From positions 1 through 49,307 of the forward strand of contig JAHBMJ010000351.1 of NCBI GenBank assembly GCA_018398765.1: a stretch of DNA of 49,307 bases, given 5' to 3'. Source of the DNA: Chromera velia. Its lineage: Eukaryota. Shown here one piece after another: positions 1 to 10,962 of the stretch (its first letter is position 1; every line of letters begins with the position of its first letter). Both the position numbers and the translations under genes were made by a program. Below the pieces are notes generated by a model. That model worked only from the letters and a program-made list of their open reading frames with translations, was not told where the DNA came from and did no database searches.

Positions 1-34
1 TGGTTCACAACATTTTTATACGTTGGGGGCACGT

Positions 35-1339
35 CATAAAGCTACAGAGATTCACGCCAGAAATAACGGCGGCGATGGTTTCATAGTGCCCCGACGACAG
101 CCGCTTTCCCGGGCTGCGTGAACTTTGACTTTCCGGAGCCATATGTTGCGCAACAGCCTTTGAGATCTAAGCACGGTCTCAAATCGTCGATTAATTGTGC
201 GTATGCATTCGTGTAGATCTGATCATGCTTCCCTTTTCTGATTGAAAGCTTGCATCACGGTTGAATAAGCGACCTCCCGGTCTCTCACTCACTTCTTCTG
301 ACACTCGACCTTGCTCTATACATTAATTCCTTCAAACGTCTCACCTCAGATTAGTCTAGGTGTTGCGATGGTTTCTTTGTGTAGACGGACGAGCTAGTGA
401 GTCAATCTCCCTTTTGTCAGAATATCTTGATGTGATCGACCAAGGTGGCGTGAGTCTAGGCCCTTTCGGTTGCTAGTCTCCCGACCAGCGCCATCTATCA
501 CATCATATGGTGCCGGCTCTTTTCTGGGAGAGAACGAGGCCGCAGAAAGGCTGCTCTCTTCCCCCTCTTTCTTTCAATTCTTTTCTCTCGATGTAGTCCA
601 GCAGAGTGAACGCGGACCCTCCACTGCAGGCCCGTTCTCGATCCCTCTTCTCTCTCCGTTTTTCCATAGTTTTCGATCAATTTTCGTTTCTTTCTTGTGC
701 ATGCACTTTCTTCTTCCTGTTGATTGTACGCACGCTACCGCTATAAAGAGAGAAATCTACATAAAGCTACAAGCTCCTCTTCTACCTCTCCTAGCTCTTT
801 GACTGCTTCCTTCTCTGGTGGTTCAGTGCGGGACTCAGTGCGCTACCACTGTAGAGAGGGAAATCCCCATAAAGCTACAGAGATTCACGCCAGAAATAAT
901 GGCGGCGATGGCTTTATAGTGCCCTGACGACAGCCGCTTTCCCGGGCCGCGTGAACTTTAACTTTCTGGGGCCATATGTTACGCAACAGCCTTTGAGATC
1001 TAAGCGTGGTCTCAAATCGTTGATTAATTGTGCGCATGCATTCATGTGGATCTGATCATGCTTCCCTTTTCTGATTGAAAGCTTGCATCATGGTTGAATA
1101 AGCGACCTTCCGGTCTCTCACTCACTTTTTCTGACACTTGACCTTGCTCTATATATTAATTCCTTCAAACGTCTCACCTCAGATTAGTCTAGGTGTTGCG
1201 ATGGTTTCTTTGTGTAGACGGACGAGCTAGTGAGTCAATCTCCCTTTTGTCAGAATATCTTGATGTGATCGACCAAGGTGGTGTAAGTCTAGGCCCTTTC
1301 AGTTGCTAGTTTCCTGACCAGCGCTATCTATCACATCAT
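35..1339 (+). repeat. Direct duplication of a ~472-bp unit (35-506 and 868-1339, offset 833)
   Basis: Both copies run from CATAAAGCTACAGAGATTCACGCCAG to CTATCACATCAT. No indels seen; about 26 substitutions by eye, all transitions. Confidence 0.95.
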
Positions 1340-3103
1340 GCACGTTCAGTCTAGTTTTAGTGATTTCAAGTAGGGCCATCAAAAAAATTAAAACCAATCG
1401 TATGGGTCGGGGGGGGAGGGGGTTTATAGCTGAACCATGTTCACTTTTCTAGTATTTTCCAGAAGTGAGGCCAAGTTGATGAAAACAAAGTGGTGAATCT
1501 TTATTCCTAAGAGGTCTTTACTAAAGTGCTGAGTCAGAATATTGGGGGTGCTCTGTATGTGAGACTCCCAGGGGCTCGAACCTTCTGTTTCTTTCCATAC
1601 CGCGTTTCTTGAGCATGCAGAGTTGCCAATTTGTTGCTCTTCTGTCCGAGCTGGCTCACTGGTGAACGTCCAAACAGCTTAAAGACAGTAGGACCGTCTT
1701 TCTACAGTTTTGTCTCTTCATTTTGTGCCGTCTAGCAGCTTCAAAAGCGACCGTATCGACCAAGATATCAACCTCAGACAACCTGGACGAACTGAGATTT
1801 ATAAAGGTCAGTCACAACAGTTACTGTTACTGAGGTTATGGTTATCCAGCGACATCTATACTCTACTACTGAAGCTTACCACTTCAATCATCATTGGTGT
1901 CCAGTTAAGGGACATACTTCTGAAGACCTCATCTTTTATGGAAGCTTGCCGTTTGGCGGTTTGCTTCTCGTTTTTCGATATCGACTTTCTAGCAACGGTT
2001 CGGTCTCCACACGGTCTCCATCACAAAACACATAAAAGGACCGTCTATATATTTTTTTTTTGAGATGTTTGTATACTAACATATCTGTCTTTGTCTTCTC
2101 CATGCTTTCACTGGTGCAGACGCAACCGCTAATACCACAAGCAGTGCTGCTTGTTTTTTCCGGAAGTGGATTAAATTTTGCCCTCCCCAGAATGATTGGT
2201 CAGTTTTGGGCATGTGCTCGATCCTTCGAAGAAGGAGAGGGCTTCCCCAAAGTTCAGAAAGCTAAGGAATGTCTTACTATGAGTGCACGGCACCCACTTG
2301 TTGCAGCGTTTTACTGATTGGTTGATTTTTATGGAGATGCAAACACATGCTATCTAAACCTTCAGAATGACTGCCTGCGCTGACCCCAGACGGCCCGTCA
2401 GTCTTATGTATGACCTTCCCCAGGCGGTCCGTAAAGACCGCCTGCGGCACCTCAGGCAGTCAGGGGGTCTTTCTGTATTCTCTCTATAGTGTGAAAAACA
2501 TTTAAAAAAGTTTAAAAATGCCTTTATTCTAGGATTTAGTATCTGAACGCAACTTTAAAGATTCATTTACAATACTTCAAATTGAATCAATAAATCAAAA
2601 TTTTTATATAATTCTAAATATTATTTTATAGAAAAGAGTTAAATCAAATTTTCTAAATAATTTTTCAGAATATAAATTTCCATTCTGCGATAAGTTTATA
2701 AACAATGCAAAATTACATGTGTCACTTTTTGTTTACTTGGATTGGCACCTCCCAGACAAGCTTAAAATCTTCTGCCTTATCATAGTGGTAAGGGACACAG
2801 GCATCGATTGCCTGTCTGAATGTTTTGCGGCGGTTCTCTTCAGCTACAGCCTGTTCTTCTGTTATGTCCTCCATGTGAAACACCTCTCTCCGTTCCTTTA
2901 CCTCTTCCCTCTCAGATTCTTCTTCGTGCCTGGGGTACCCCAGGCGTCCTAGGCAGGTTTAGACAACATGTGCACACATACACAGACAAGCATAAAGACT
3001 GCTACACAGTGACAGACCTTCGACGTTTGCTCTTTACTCCGTTTGCTCAGTATTAACCATGACGTCTCAATTCCTTGGACGAAGAAGAGTCTCCATCCCA
3101 AGA

Positions 3104-3140
3104 TATGTGTGTGTCTGTGTGTGTGTGTGTGTGTATGTGT

Positions 3141-3196
<56 letters not shown>

Positions 3197-3225
3197 ATAT
3201 ATGTGTGTGTGTGTGTGTGTGTATA

Positions 3226-3272
<47 letters not shown>

Positions 3273-3275
3273 CGT
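3104..3275. repeat. (TG)n/(TA)n compound microsatellite
   Basis: Direct reading; it explains the CVCV ORFs at 3043-3578. Confidence 0.95.
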
Positions 3276-3656
3276 GAGTGTACAAGTGGTAGTATGTATC
3301 TTGGTGTATCTGCATTTCCATACTCAATAGTATCAAAGCACAGGTCAAAGCAAGAGATACCAAAACCTCATGGTATGCAGATATGTCACTTTTGTACGAT
3401 GTTATACCGTTTTTCTTCTATATCTGTTCTCTCTTCTTTAATATTTTCAAACATTATCAATGTTGATTCAGTGTGTGGGGGGGGGGGGGGGCTTTTTGGA
3501 GGCCTACAGTCGGAAATCATAAATTGCTTTTCCCACTGTTTTGTGTATGAGAGAATCGATCCACCAGTCCCAAAGTGACTCCAGTCCCAAAGTGGATCAA
3601 GGAAATGATGTAAATTGACTTAGATTTCAATGCACATTTTCATGTAACATCGCGGC

Positions 3657-5187
3657 TAAGGCTGAGAAAAGGTGGATAAGGTGCTAGTGCTGGTGCAAAA
3701 ACAAGTTTGCATCTTAAATCAGGCGAAAAACACGTGCAAAATAAGGTGTACCGTTTACCATATGATAACTAGGTTTCTACGGTTGATTTCTAGTATTTTT
3801 AGCGGCCAAAAAGCGCCTCATTCAAAGCTTAAAAGCTTTTTATGATATAGGTTAGCTACATAGACTTTTACTGTGCAAAACCACCTAAAATGTCACTAGA
3901 AATGTCAGTAAAAAGACGAATTTAAAAGAAAAAAAAATTTTTCTTACAATTGACTATATATTTCTGACTATCTCATGACTTCGGTATCTTTTTAGGTCTT
4001 TTTTTTTTCATTCATTATCTGTCCAATGCTTTGTATATATGATCTATAACGTTTGAATAGGTTTGGCACTGTTTACGTGTTGCACCGTAGTCTAATTGTG
4101 TCTTACCTTATACGATCCATAAATCCTTCAAACTGTATATGCATGCCCCTTTGGAGTAAACTCCTGAAGTCTTAGAAAGCAACGATAAATGGTGCATTTT
4201 CATGAAAAAAAAAAAGAAGAAAGAATGAAACACATGTAACAAGAAGCTCTAGAAGAAGCCATGGTATGACAGAAAGTCAGATAGTATTACAGATCTGTAT
4301 GTAAGCATGCAAACTTGATGAGCCATCAGCAGACGGAATTAAGTGACGAATGGTTCCACTCTCTGACACAAAGCAGCAAATTGAATGATCAAACCAATTG
4401 CACTCTTACTGACTAAGATAGATCAAGCTTGCCAATCGTAAAGAGCGCCCGGCACCAGGTTTCAAAAGCCCTTACCTGCAACCAAGAGGGACGTACGTAT
4501 ATACCTTCATGTGTGTGTGTTCCCATGTGTATGCCATTAAAACTTTCTGCTTCTCTTCTTTATATTAATATGAAAAAGAATCTTTGTACAGCACTATGTT
4601 GGTATTCATCCTTGATTGCTAATTAAAGGTCGACAAAGCTGTTTTCCTCCCGGCAAACCGTTTAGCATTGTGTGATTGTTATACAATTGGACTCAGTGTG
4701 CTTACGCAGCTTCTTGTCAAACCTCTTATTCTAATTTTTTTACCTTCGTATGCTCCTCGCTGCTATACGTGCACATGCAGTCGTTTCTGTTACATAGGGC
4801 AGCCTATAAAACAGTATTCATGCTGCAAAGAGAAGAGGTTCTCACATGATAGCTAGACTTGATTTCATGCAGCGCATACATTGTCGAACGTGCATAGGTT
4901 CATGTAGTGAGCCCTGCAGCCGATTTTAATTTATCTCAAAAATCGGCTGATCGGATTTGTTCCGTACACAGTGGCCCGGCAACACACGCGCGTTTGGGGC
5001 CGCAAAGAGCCGCAGGGGCGGGGCCGTGAGTCAGACACGTTGTATAGCCATGGTACTAACACTTTTCACCCAATTCATTCAATTAAGTGCAAAACAGGTG
5101 CATCATATGCATCTGGTATAAAACAAGTGTATCTGGTGCAACTCTCTGGTTTGCACCTTTTCTGAGGTGTACCTTTTCTAAGCCCTA
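3657..5187. mobile_element. Non-autonomous hAT-like DNA transposon, 1531 bp
   Basis: TIRs TAAGGCTGAGAAAAGGT (3657-3673) and revcomp TAGGGCTTAGAAAAGGT (5171-5187), 15/17 identical. 8-bp TSD ATCGCGGC (3649-3656) / ATCGTGGC (5188-5195). An 8-bp TSD with TAGGG termini is typical of hAT. Confidence 0.85.
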
Positions 5188-5541
5188 ATCGTGGCACCTT
5201 ACCAATACACTTTAGCTCTGCCAGGATGGCCTCGCAAAAACCTGTGTAGGTGTCCGAATAGCAGAGGGCAGTCTGAGCATATATTATTGCATTGCTAGCC
5301 TAGCAGCATAAAAGCTTGCTCAGAGACTTTCACTACTAGTGACTCTCCTAATATGACCCTAAAAGTAGGGATAGGTAGGGACCAGTAGGGACTTTAGGGA
5401 GAGAAAGGGGGGGGTTCGATCTGAATGATTCGGTCTTAAGAGGGGGAGAGGGGGGGGTTCGACCCATACAGTCGGTTTTAATTTTTTTGATGGCCCTAGC
5501 CAACTTATTTTTTTTTTTTCTTTGTATGGGGAAAGTAATTT

Positions 5542-7027
5542 ACCGAAAGGTTTAGCAGGTGGGGGCTGAGCGGCCCCTCCAACCACAACCTTCATTCGCT
5601 GAATTTAATCACGTATACTCACACAATACCACACATCTGCTCATCATTACAATAGAATGCAGGTCGTTTTCTTACTTTCTACCATATACACAGTCTTATC
5701 GGTTTACGCAGCATCTCCTGCCGACACTATCTTGCAGGTCATTGACTGTATTGATTCCACTTAACATATCGATTGTACAGGCCGTGTATAGCCGTGTACG
5801 TATTATTTCTGTATACATGCGACTTTATGTGAGGACGGCGGCCGGATGTCCAGAAAGGTGGCTACGCGGCCGACGCCCGGCTGTGCCCCGTAGTGGTGCC
5901 AACCTTTTTGCACCCCCCTCATCCGACGCACTCAGTTCTCTCTTCTCCCTCGTTCTTTTTGCTTCTCTTTCTATCTCTCTCTATCTCTTTCTCCGTCTAC
6001 AAGCTTTTTACGCAAGTCTGTTGAAATCTTTGCTGGCTATGAGAGGTTTTAGTCGCCTGGGTACTTTATGACTGCAGGGCGGACCCCTTTGTATCCCTTG
6101 TTTCTCCTCTACCTGGCGGTCCTAGCCTGTAATCAAGGAGTCCCTACATTCACTCCCTGCCCGCCTTGCTTTCTTCAGACCCACTTTGCTCCATCATCAC
6201 TGTCTTTATGAGTCCCTTCAATGGCTATGCATAACTCTAATTCAATCACCTGCTAGTTCCTGCCTTCGGCTTTCAACAATTGGCGAAATACAGCCTCCTC
6301 GGGCCTGCACCCGCTGCTCTCCATCTCCTTAGCATCGTATGTTCTCCCCCAAGTTCTGAGCACGGAGAACCGGTCGACTCAGCATCCCACCATCTGTTCT
6401 CTCTTCTCCCAGGGATTCTGGTTCTTGTTGGGTCTTTTGCCTCTTTTTGGCTCCTTACTTCTCTGTATGTCCACTTTGCCTTCTCCAGTCTTTAAGACTT
6501 CCATGGAACGCATGCATGCAATTCACTCAATTTGACATCACAAAGATAAAAGGTAACCAGAAGCCAAACTCTCTGCTCCCCCTTACTGCAGTGGCTTAAA
6601 CAATCATAGACTGTCTGATAATTGAAGGAACGGACAAGCCCGACGCCGTGAGCACCACCGAAAGGTTTGGCAGGTAGGGGCTGAGCGGTCCCTCCAACCA
6701 CAACCTTCATTCACTGAATCTAGTCATGTATACTCACACAATACCATAAATCTACTCATCATTATAACACAATGCAGGTCGTTTCTTTACTTCCTACCAC
6801 ATACACAGTCTCATTGGTTCACGCAGCATCTCCTGCCAACTCTATCTTGCAGGTCATTGACTGTATTGATTCCACTTAACATATCGATTGTACAGGCCAT
6901 GTATAGCCGTATACGTATTATTTCTGCATGCATGCGACTTTATGTGGGGGCGGCGGCCGGATGTCCAGAAGGGTGGCTACGCGGCCGACGCCCGGCTGTG
7001 CCCCGTAGCGGCGCCAACCCTTTCGCA
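5542..7027 (-). mobile_element. Non-autonomous LTR retroelement (TRIM-like): ~371-bp LTRs, ~745-bp non-coding interior
   Basis: Direct repeats 5542-5912 and 6657-7027. On the minus strand a PBS-like TGGTGCTCACGGCG abuts the 5' LTR (~6644-6657) and a PPT GATGAGGGGGG abuts the 3' LTR (~5913-5923). LTR ends carry short inverted repeats (CGAAAGGKTTGGC). 4-bp TSD ATTT at 5538-5541 and 7028-7031. Confidence 0.85.
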
Positions 7028-7560
7028 ATTTCAGTACTGCCATGCATAGTCTTTGTCTTCCAAACATAGTTTTTATTGTCCCCGCCGTCAGAAATAGTCT
7101 GTCAAATATTTTTTTCATGCATGGAGTCTTAAATGTCAGATAATTGAAAGGTGTTTCTTAGTTTTTCTATAGGTTTCCTATGATGAACTTTTTTTTTTTT
7201 AAGATGAACTGTTCGCCAGCTCGGGATTCATCATAATTCATCATCGCCGGCCCGCCGGCCGCGTGGCATCCGCGTGGCTTAGGAGGGTCGCGGACGCGCA
7301 AGCTCTAGGGCCCACGTACAAAGTCGCGGCCCCGGCTGCCGAGGGCCGAGCAAACTGAGCGGCGATGCGCGATCAATTAACACCGTTTTTTGTCCGCCAC
7401 GGCACCATGCAAATGGCACCACGCATGGAGAGCCCCAGTGTGTCCGACTTTGGGGGGTGAAAGAAAGGCAGCCAAAGAAGAAAGAAGGATTCCAGTGGCT
7501 ATCCTATCATCTCGAGTTTTTCATTGTGGTGTCGCACTCACGGAATTCAGCACCGAATGC

Positions 7561-8245
7561 ATGATGGACAACGATGCCGACGGCACGGTTGATGTTGACG
7601 CCTTGCAATGCTCATGGAAGGGCAAAATTTTGGTGAAAGTCACGGCAACCGGAAGAGAGTTTGGCTTTAGCAAACCAGCACCTCTATTCGTCAGTGCGGA
7701 TTCCGAATGGCCCGCAGGCGGCTACAATGATTTTCCATTCTAGTCTCCACTTCTTCTATACCCCCCTCTTCCCTTCTTGCAGCTCCTCGTCCCGAGAGTC
7801 CTCTTCCTCCCTCAACTCTGCGAAGAAGTCCAAACGTGGTTCAGTGCGTCCCTTCAGCAGCCAATTCACGAGGGAATCTGGTTCAAGCACGAGGACCATC
7901 CACTGGACTGGTTGGTCGGTAGCGTGCTTGGATTTTCTTCCCGTCTCCCACGCAGTGGTCTCTCACATGACTTTCCCGTCTCCTCCTCCTGGGGCACAAC
8001 ACGACGACCCTGATGCGTCGTTTCAAGTCCAGTTTCCTGTGTTTTCCCGATGTTCGCTGATTGTGCTGACTCTCATTTGATTCCTTCTCACTATTTATCG
8101 ATAACTCTGCAGGTCTGTTTTCTGTGTCGCTTTTGATTTTTCCACGTTCTCCTTCGGGTGGTCGGCCGGAAATTGTGGCTCTGTGGATGCGTCTGCCGTC
8201 TCTCGTAGGGTTCTGTGTCAGTGTGTGCGTGCGTGCCTATCGGTC

Positions 8246-8296
<51 letters not shown>

Positions 8297-9769
8297 ATGC
8301 AGGCGCCTACCCGTGGGCGTTCTGTACGATCTTTTTTGTGGTGCACGTCTGTTCGAGGAGGAGGAGCAGGGAGAGGGACAGAACAAACTGGATGGTGCAG
8401 TGCGATGGGGAGATGGAGGGGCTAGGCGGTCCGGAGGCGACAGGGAACCAGCTGTGTCGATGTGGCCGTGGGAGGTGACAGTACTTTTTGGCGGACCGCC
8501 TCGTGGTTGTGAGGTGTTCGCGTGTGCACAGGTTGGTAGTTTGGATGTGTGGTTGGTTTTCGGTGGGTACGCATATGTGTATGAGGAAAGAGAAAGCTTG
8601 CAACTTTCAGGAATCTTCTCTTTTACTCTCGTCTCTGGTTGAAGCTTTTTTATTCTCTGTCTGCATGCGTTTTTTCTTCTTAACTCACTCAATTGACCTC
8701 TGTCGTCTCCCTCCCGCCTCTTTGGACTCAGACCTTCGAGGCCAAATTCGTTAATTCTGTCTTTCTGCCAGAGGTCTCGTTGAGCGGCGTGGGTCTTTGC
8801 TTCGTCACTGAATGAAACAATGAAGACGCCAAATAATTGCTTGAACAGAATAGCCAGAGAGGTGGACTGGGTTCTTAGCGAGAGAGGAGCCTTTTTTTTT
8901 CTGCTTCTCTTTCAGTACTCGATATCTATCCTGCGTGCAGCCGGAGCAGTTCAAATCGTTTTTCATGCAGAGGATGAAAATGGTCGGTCAGCGCTCAACG
9001 ATTACAGGTGATGCTTGCATGGGGTCTGCATGGGTAACCCGTCGAGCTCTTTTATGTTTCTTCGTTTGTGCTTGCAGGCAGAAGGAAAGCTAGGAGGGGA
9101 GAAGAGGGAATGGAAGAAGAAGGGCCGGCAGTTTCGTCACAGTGGCTGGAAGAAATATAGGGCGAGAATCTTCGTTTTTGTGTTGCAACAATGAAGGAAA
9201 AGGGTGGGAAGGAAGGAAGGAAGGATCGAAGGAAAGAGGGAAACAAGGGTGAACAAGCCTCGATGGACGGTACGAAGACGTTTCTGCTGCTCTCGGTTCT
9301 CTTCTCTTCCCTTTCTGCACATAATTTCTTGCCTCCTTCCGTAGTTACTTCCTCCTCCTAAAAAGTCCTCAAAAAGGGGATTTGGCCTTCGTCTACTTTC
9401 TCTCCTAGCTTTTGTCGTTCCTCCTTTTCGTGATTTCCTCCCAAGGAATGAATGTACGCGATTATGCGGAGTCCCCGCACGCAACACTGCAGAGTTGCTT
9501 CGCAGCTTTTGGAGACTCTCAACAGTTTGCGGTTTTACCAAGAGGTTGGTGGGTGGGTTCTCCCGTCGATCTTTCTTAATTTTCTATCTTTTTGTTTTTC
9601 TTTCTTTCTTTCTGTCTGTCTGTCTGTCTGTCTGTGTCTGTTTTTTTTTGTCATCTTCCGTCGTCCTTCCTTTCACCCCGTCTGGTTGTCTCTCCCTCCC
9701 TCAGTCTACCTTCCCGCCTTTGGGTCTTGACCTCTCGTTCTCTCTCGCTCTCTGTCTCTCTCTCTCTCG

Positions 9770-9837
<68 letters not shown>

Positions 9838-10186
9838 ACATCTTCCCCCCTTCCCTCGTTCCCTCTTGAAACTTAGATCCACAGACGTTCGCTTCACTTC
9901 GCCTCTCTATGTTGGTTCTGTGAAAGCCCAGGAGTCGTCTGAGCTCGACCGCTCATTTTCCTGTTTTGCTTGTGCGTCTGCTCTTTGCCACGCTGAATTG
10001 TCGTATCCATTTGAAGCGACCTTTCTGGCTGTCCGCCTGCCGGCCGGGCGGCCAGCCGGCCTGCACACACGCGAACACGCACGTCACGCGCGCGCGCTGC
10101 ACTCACACGCGCATGCAGGCACGCAAAGAAGCGCAGATTCTGTGAAGAATGTGCATGTGTGTTTGTGTGTGTGTGCATGTGTGCAT

Positions 10187-10233
<47 letters not shown>

Positions 10234-10927
10234 TGTGCGTGCTGAATAGGGTCGCCGTCGAAAGTGTGATGATGCCGCTCCGTCTTCTGTCTTGCAGAGA
10301 AGGAGGAAGGGCTGTGGACAAAATTTGAAAGGAACTCGGCGGAGGCCCTCAGGGACAGTTTGGGGTGTTTTGACGTTTTTTGCCCATACAGAACGAAACT
10401 GCTGCATCCTCTGCGCACGGAAGTACAGTGAGTCTTTTTTTTTTTTCGTTTCCCCCTTCCTGTTTTTTTGTACTGGTCTTCTCTTTCTTTTATCCTTCTT
10501 CTGACTTGTTCTCTTTCAGCTCTCTCTCTCTCTCTCTTTCCCCTGCACTGTTTCTTTTTGTGGACTGCATTCCATCCATTCTTATGTTGCGTGAACTTTG
10601 TGCAGGCGGCTGCTAATACGCCTTTTTGTGGGATGTCAACAATTCGTGTCCATGTCCATGATGGTGCCCGTTTTTTGCGGGTCAGAGAAAATGCTGAGGG
10701 TCCTCCACGGTCGCGGGCGTGGAAGGGGATCCCTCGGAGGAGACGCCATGCACCATGCAGGTCCGTCCGTCCACGCTCTCCTCTGAAGAACGCGTACGGT
10801 CAGCAGTGAAACAGGAGTGAAAAAAGATTGTTTGCTTGCCTGAATCTTCTCGTTCTAACGGTCCGCCCGCGCTTTTTCATTCTATCGTTTCGGCCTACCT
10901 ACACGAGGTGTTTGGGCGTGCTTGCAG

Positions 10928-10962
<35 letters not shown>

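Larger units (their letters stand above)
1371..5498. mobile_element. Putative degenerate TIR DNA transposon (TAGGG... termini) carrying nested insertions
   Basis: 39-bp inverted repeats at 1371-1409 (TAGGGCCATCAAAAAAATTAAAACCAATCGTATGGGTCG) and 5460-5498, with 3 mismatches. No TSD and no recognisable transposase ORF, so these could be ends of two separate copies. Confidence 0.6.

Noticed and set aside
35..1339. The 472-bp direct repeats as LTRs
   Set aside because: No TG...CA ends, convincing PPT or TSD; treated as a local duplication.
1560..1590. tRNA-like T-arm on the minus strand (GGTTCGAGCCCC)
   Set aside because: No D-arm, anticodon arm or acceptor-stem pairing could be built.
3043..3578. 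CVCV/THTH/LSLS/QTDR ORFs here and throughout the window
   Set aside because: They are translations of microsatellites.
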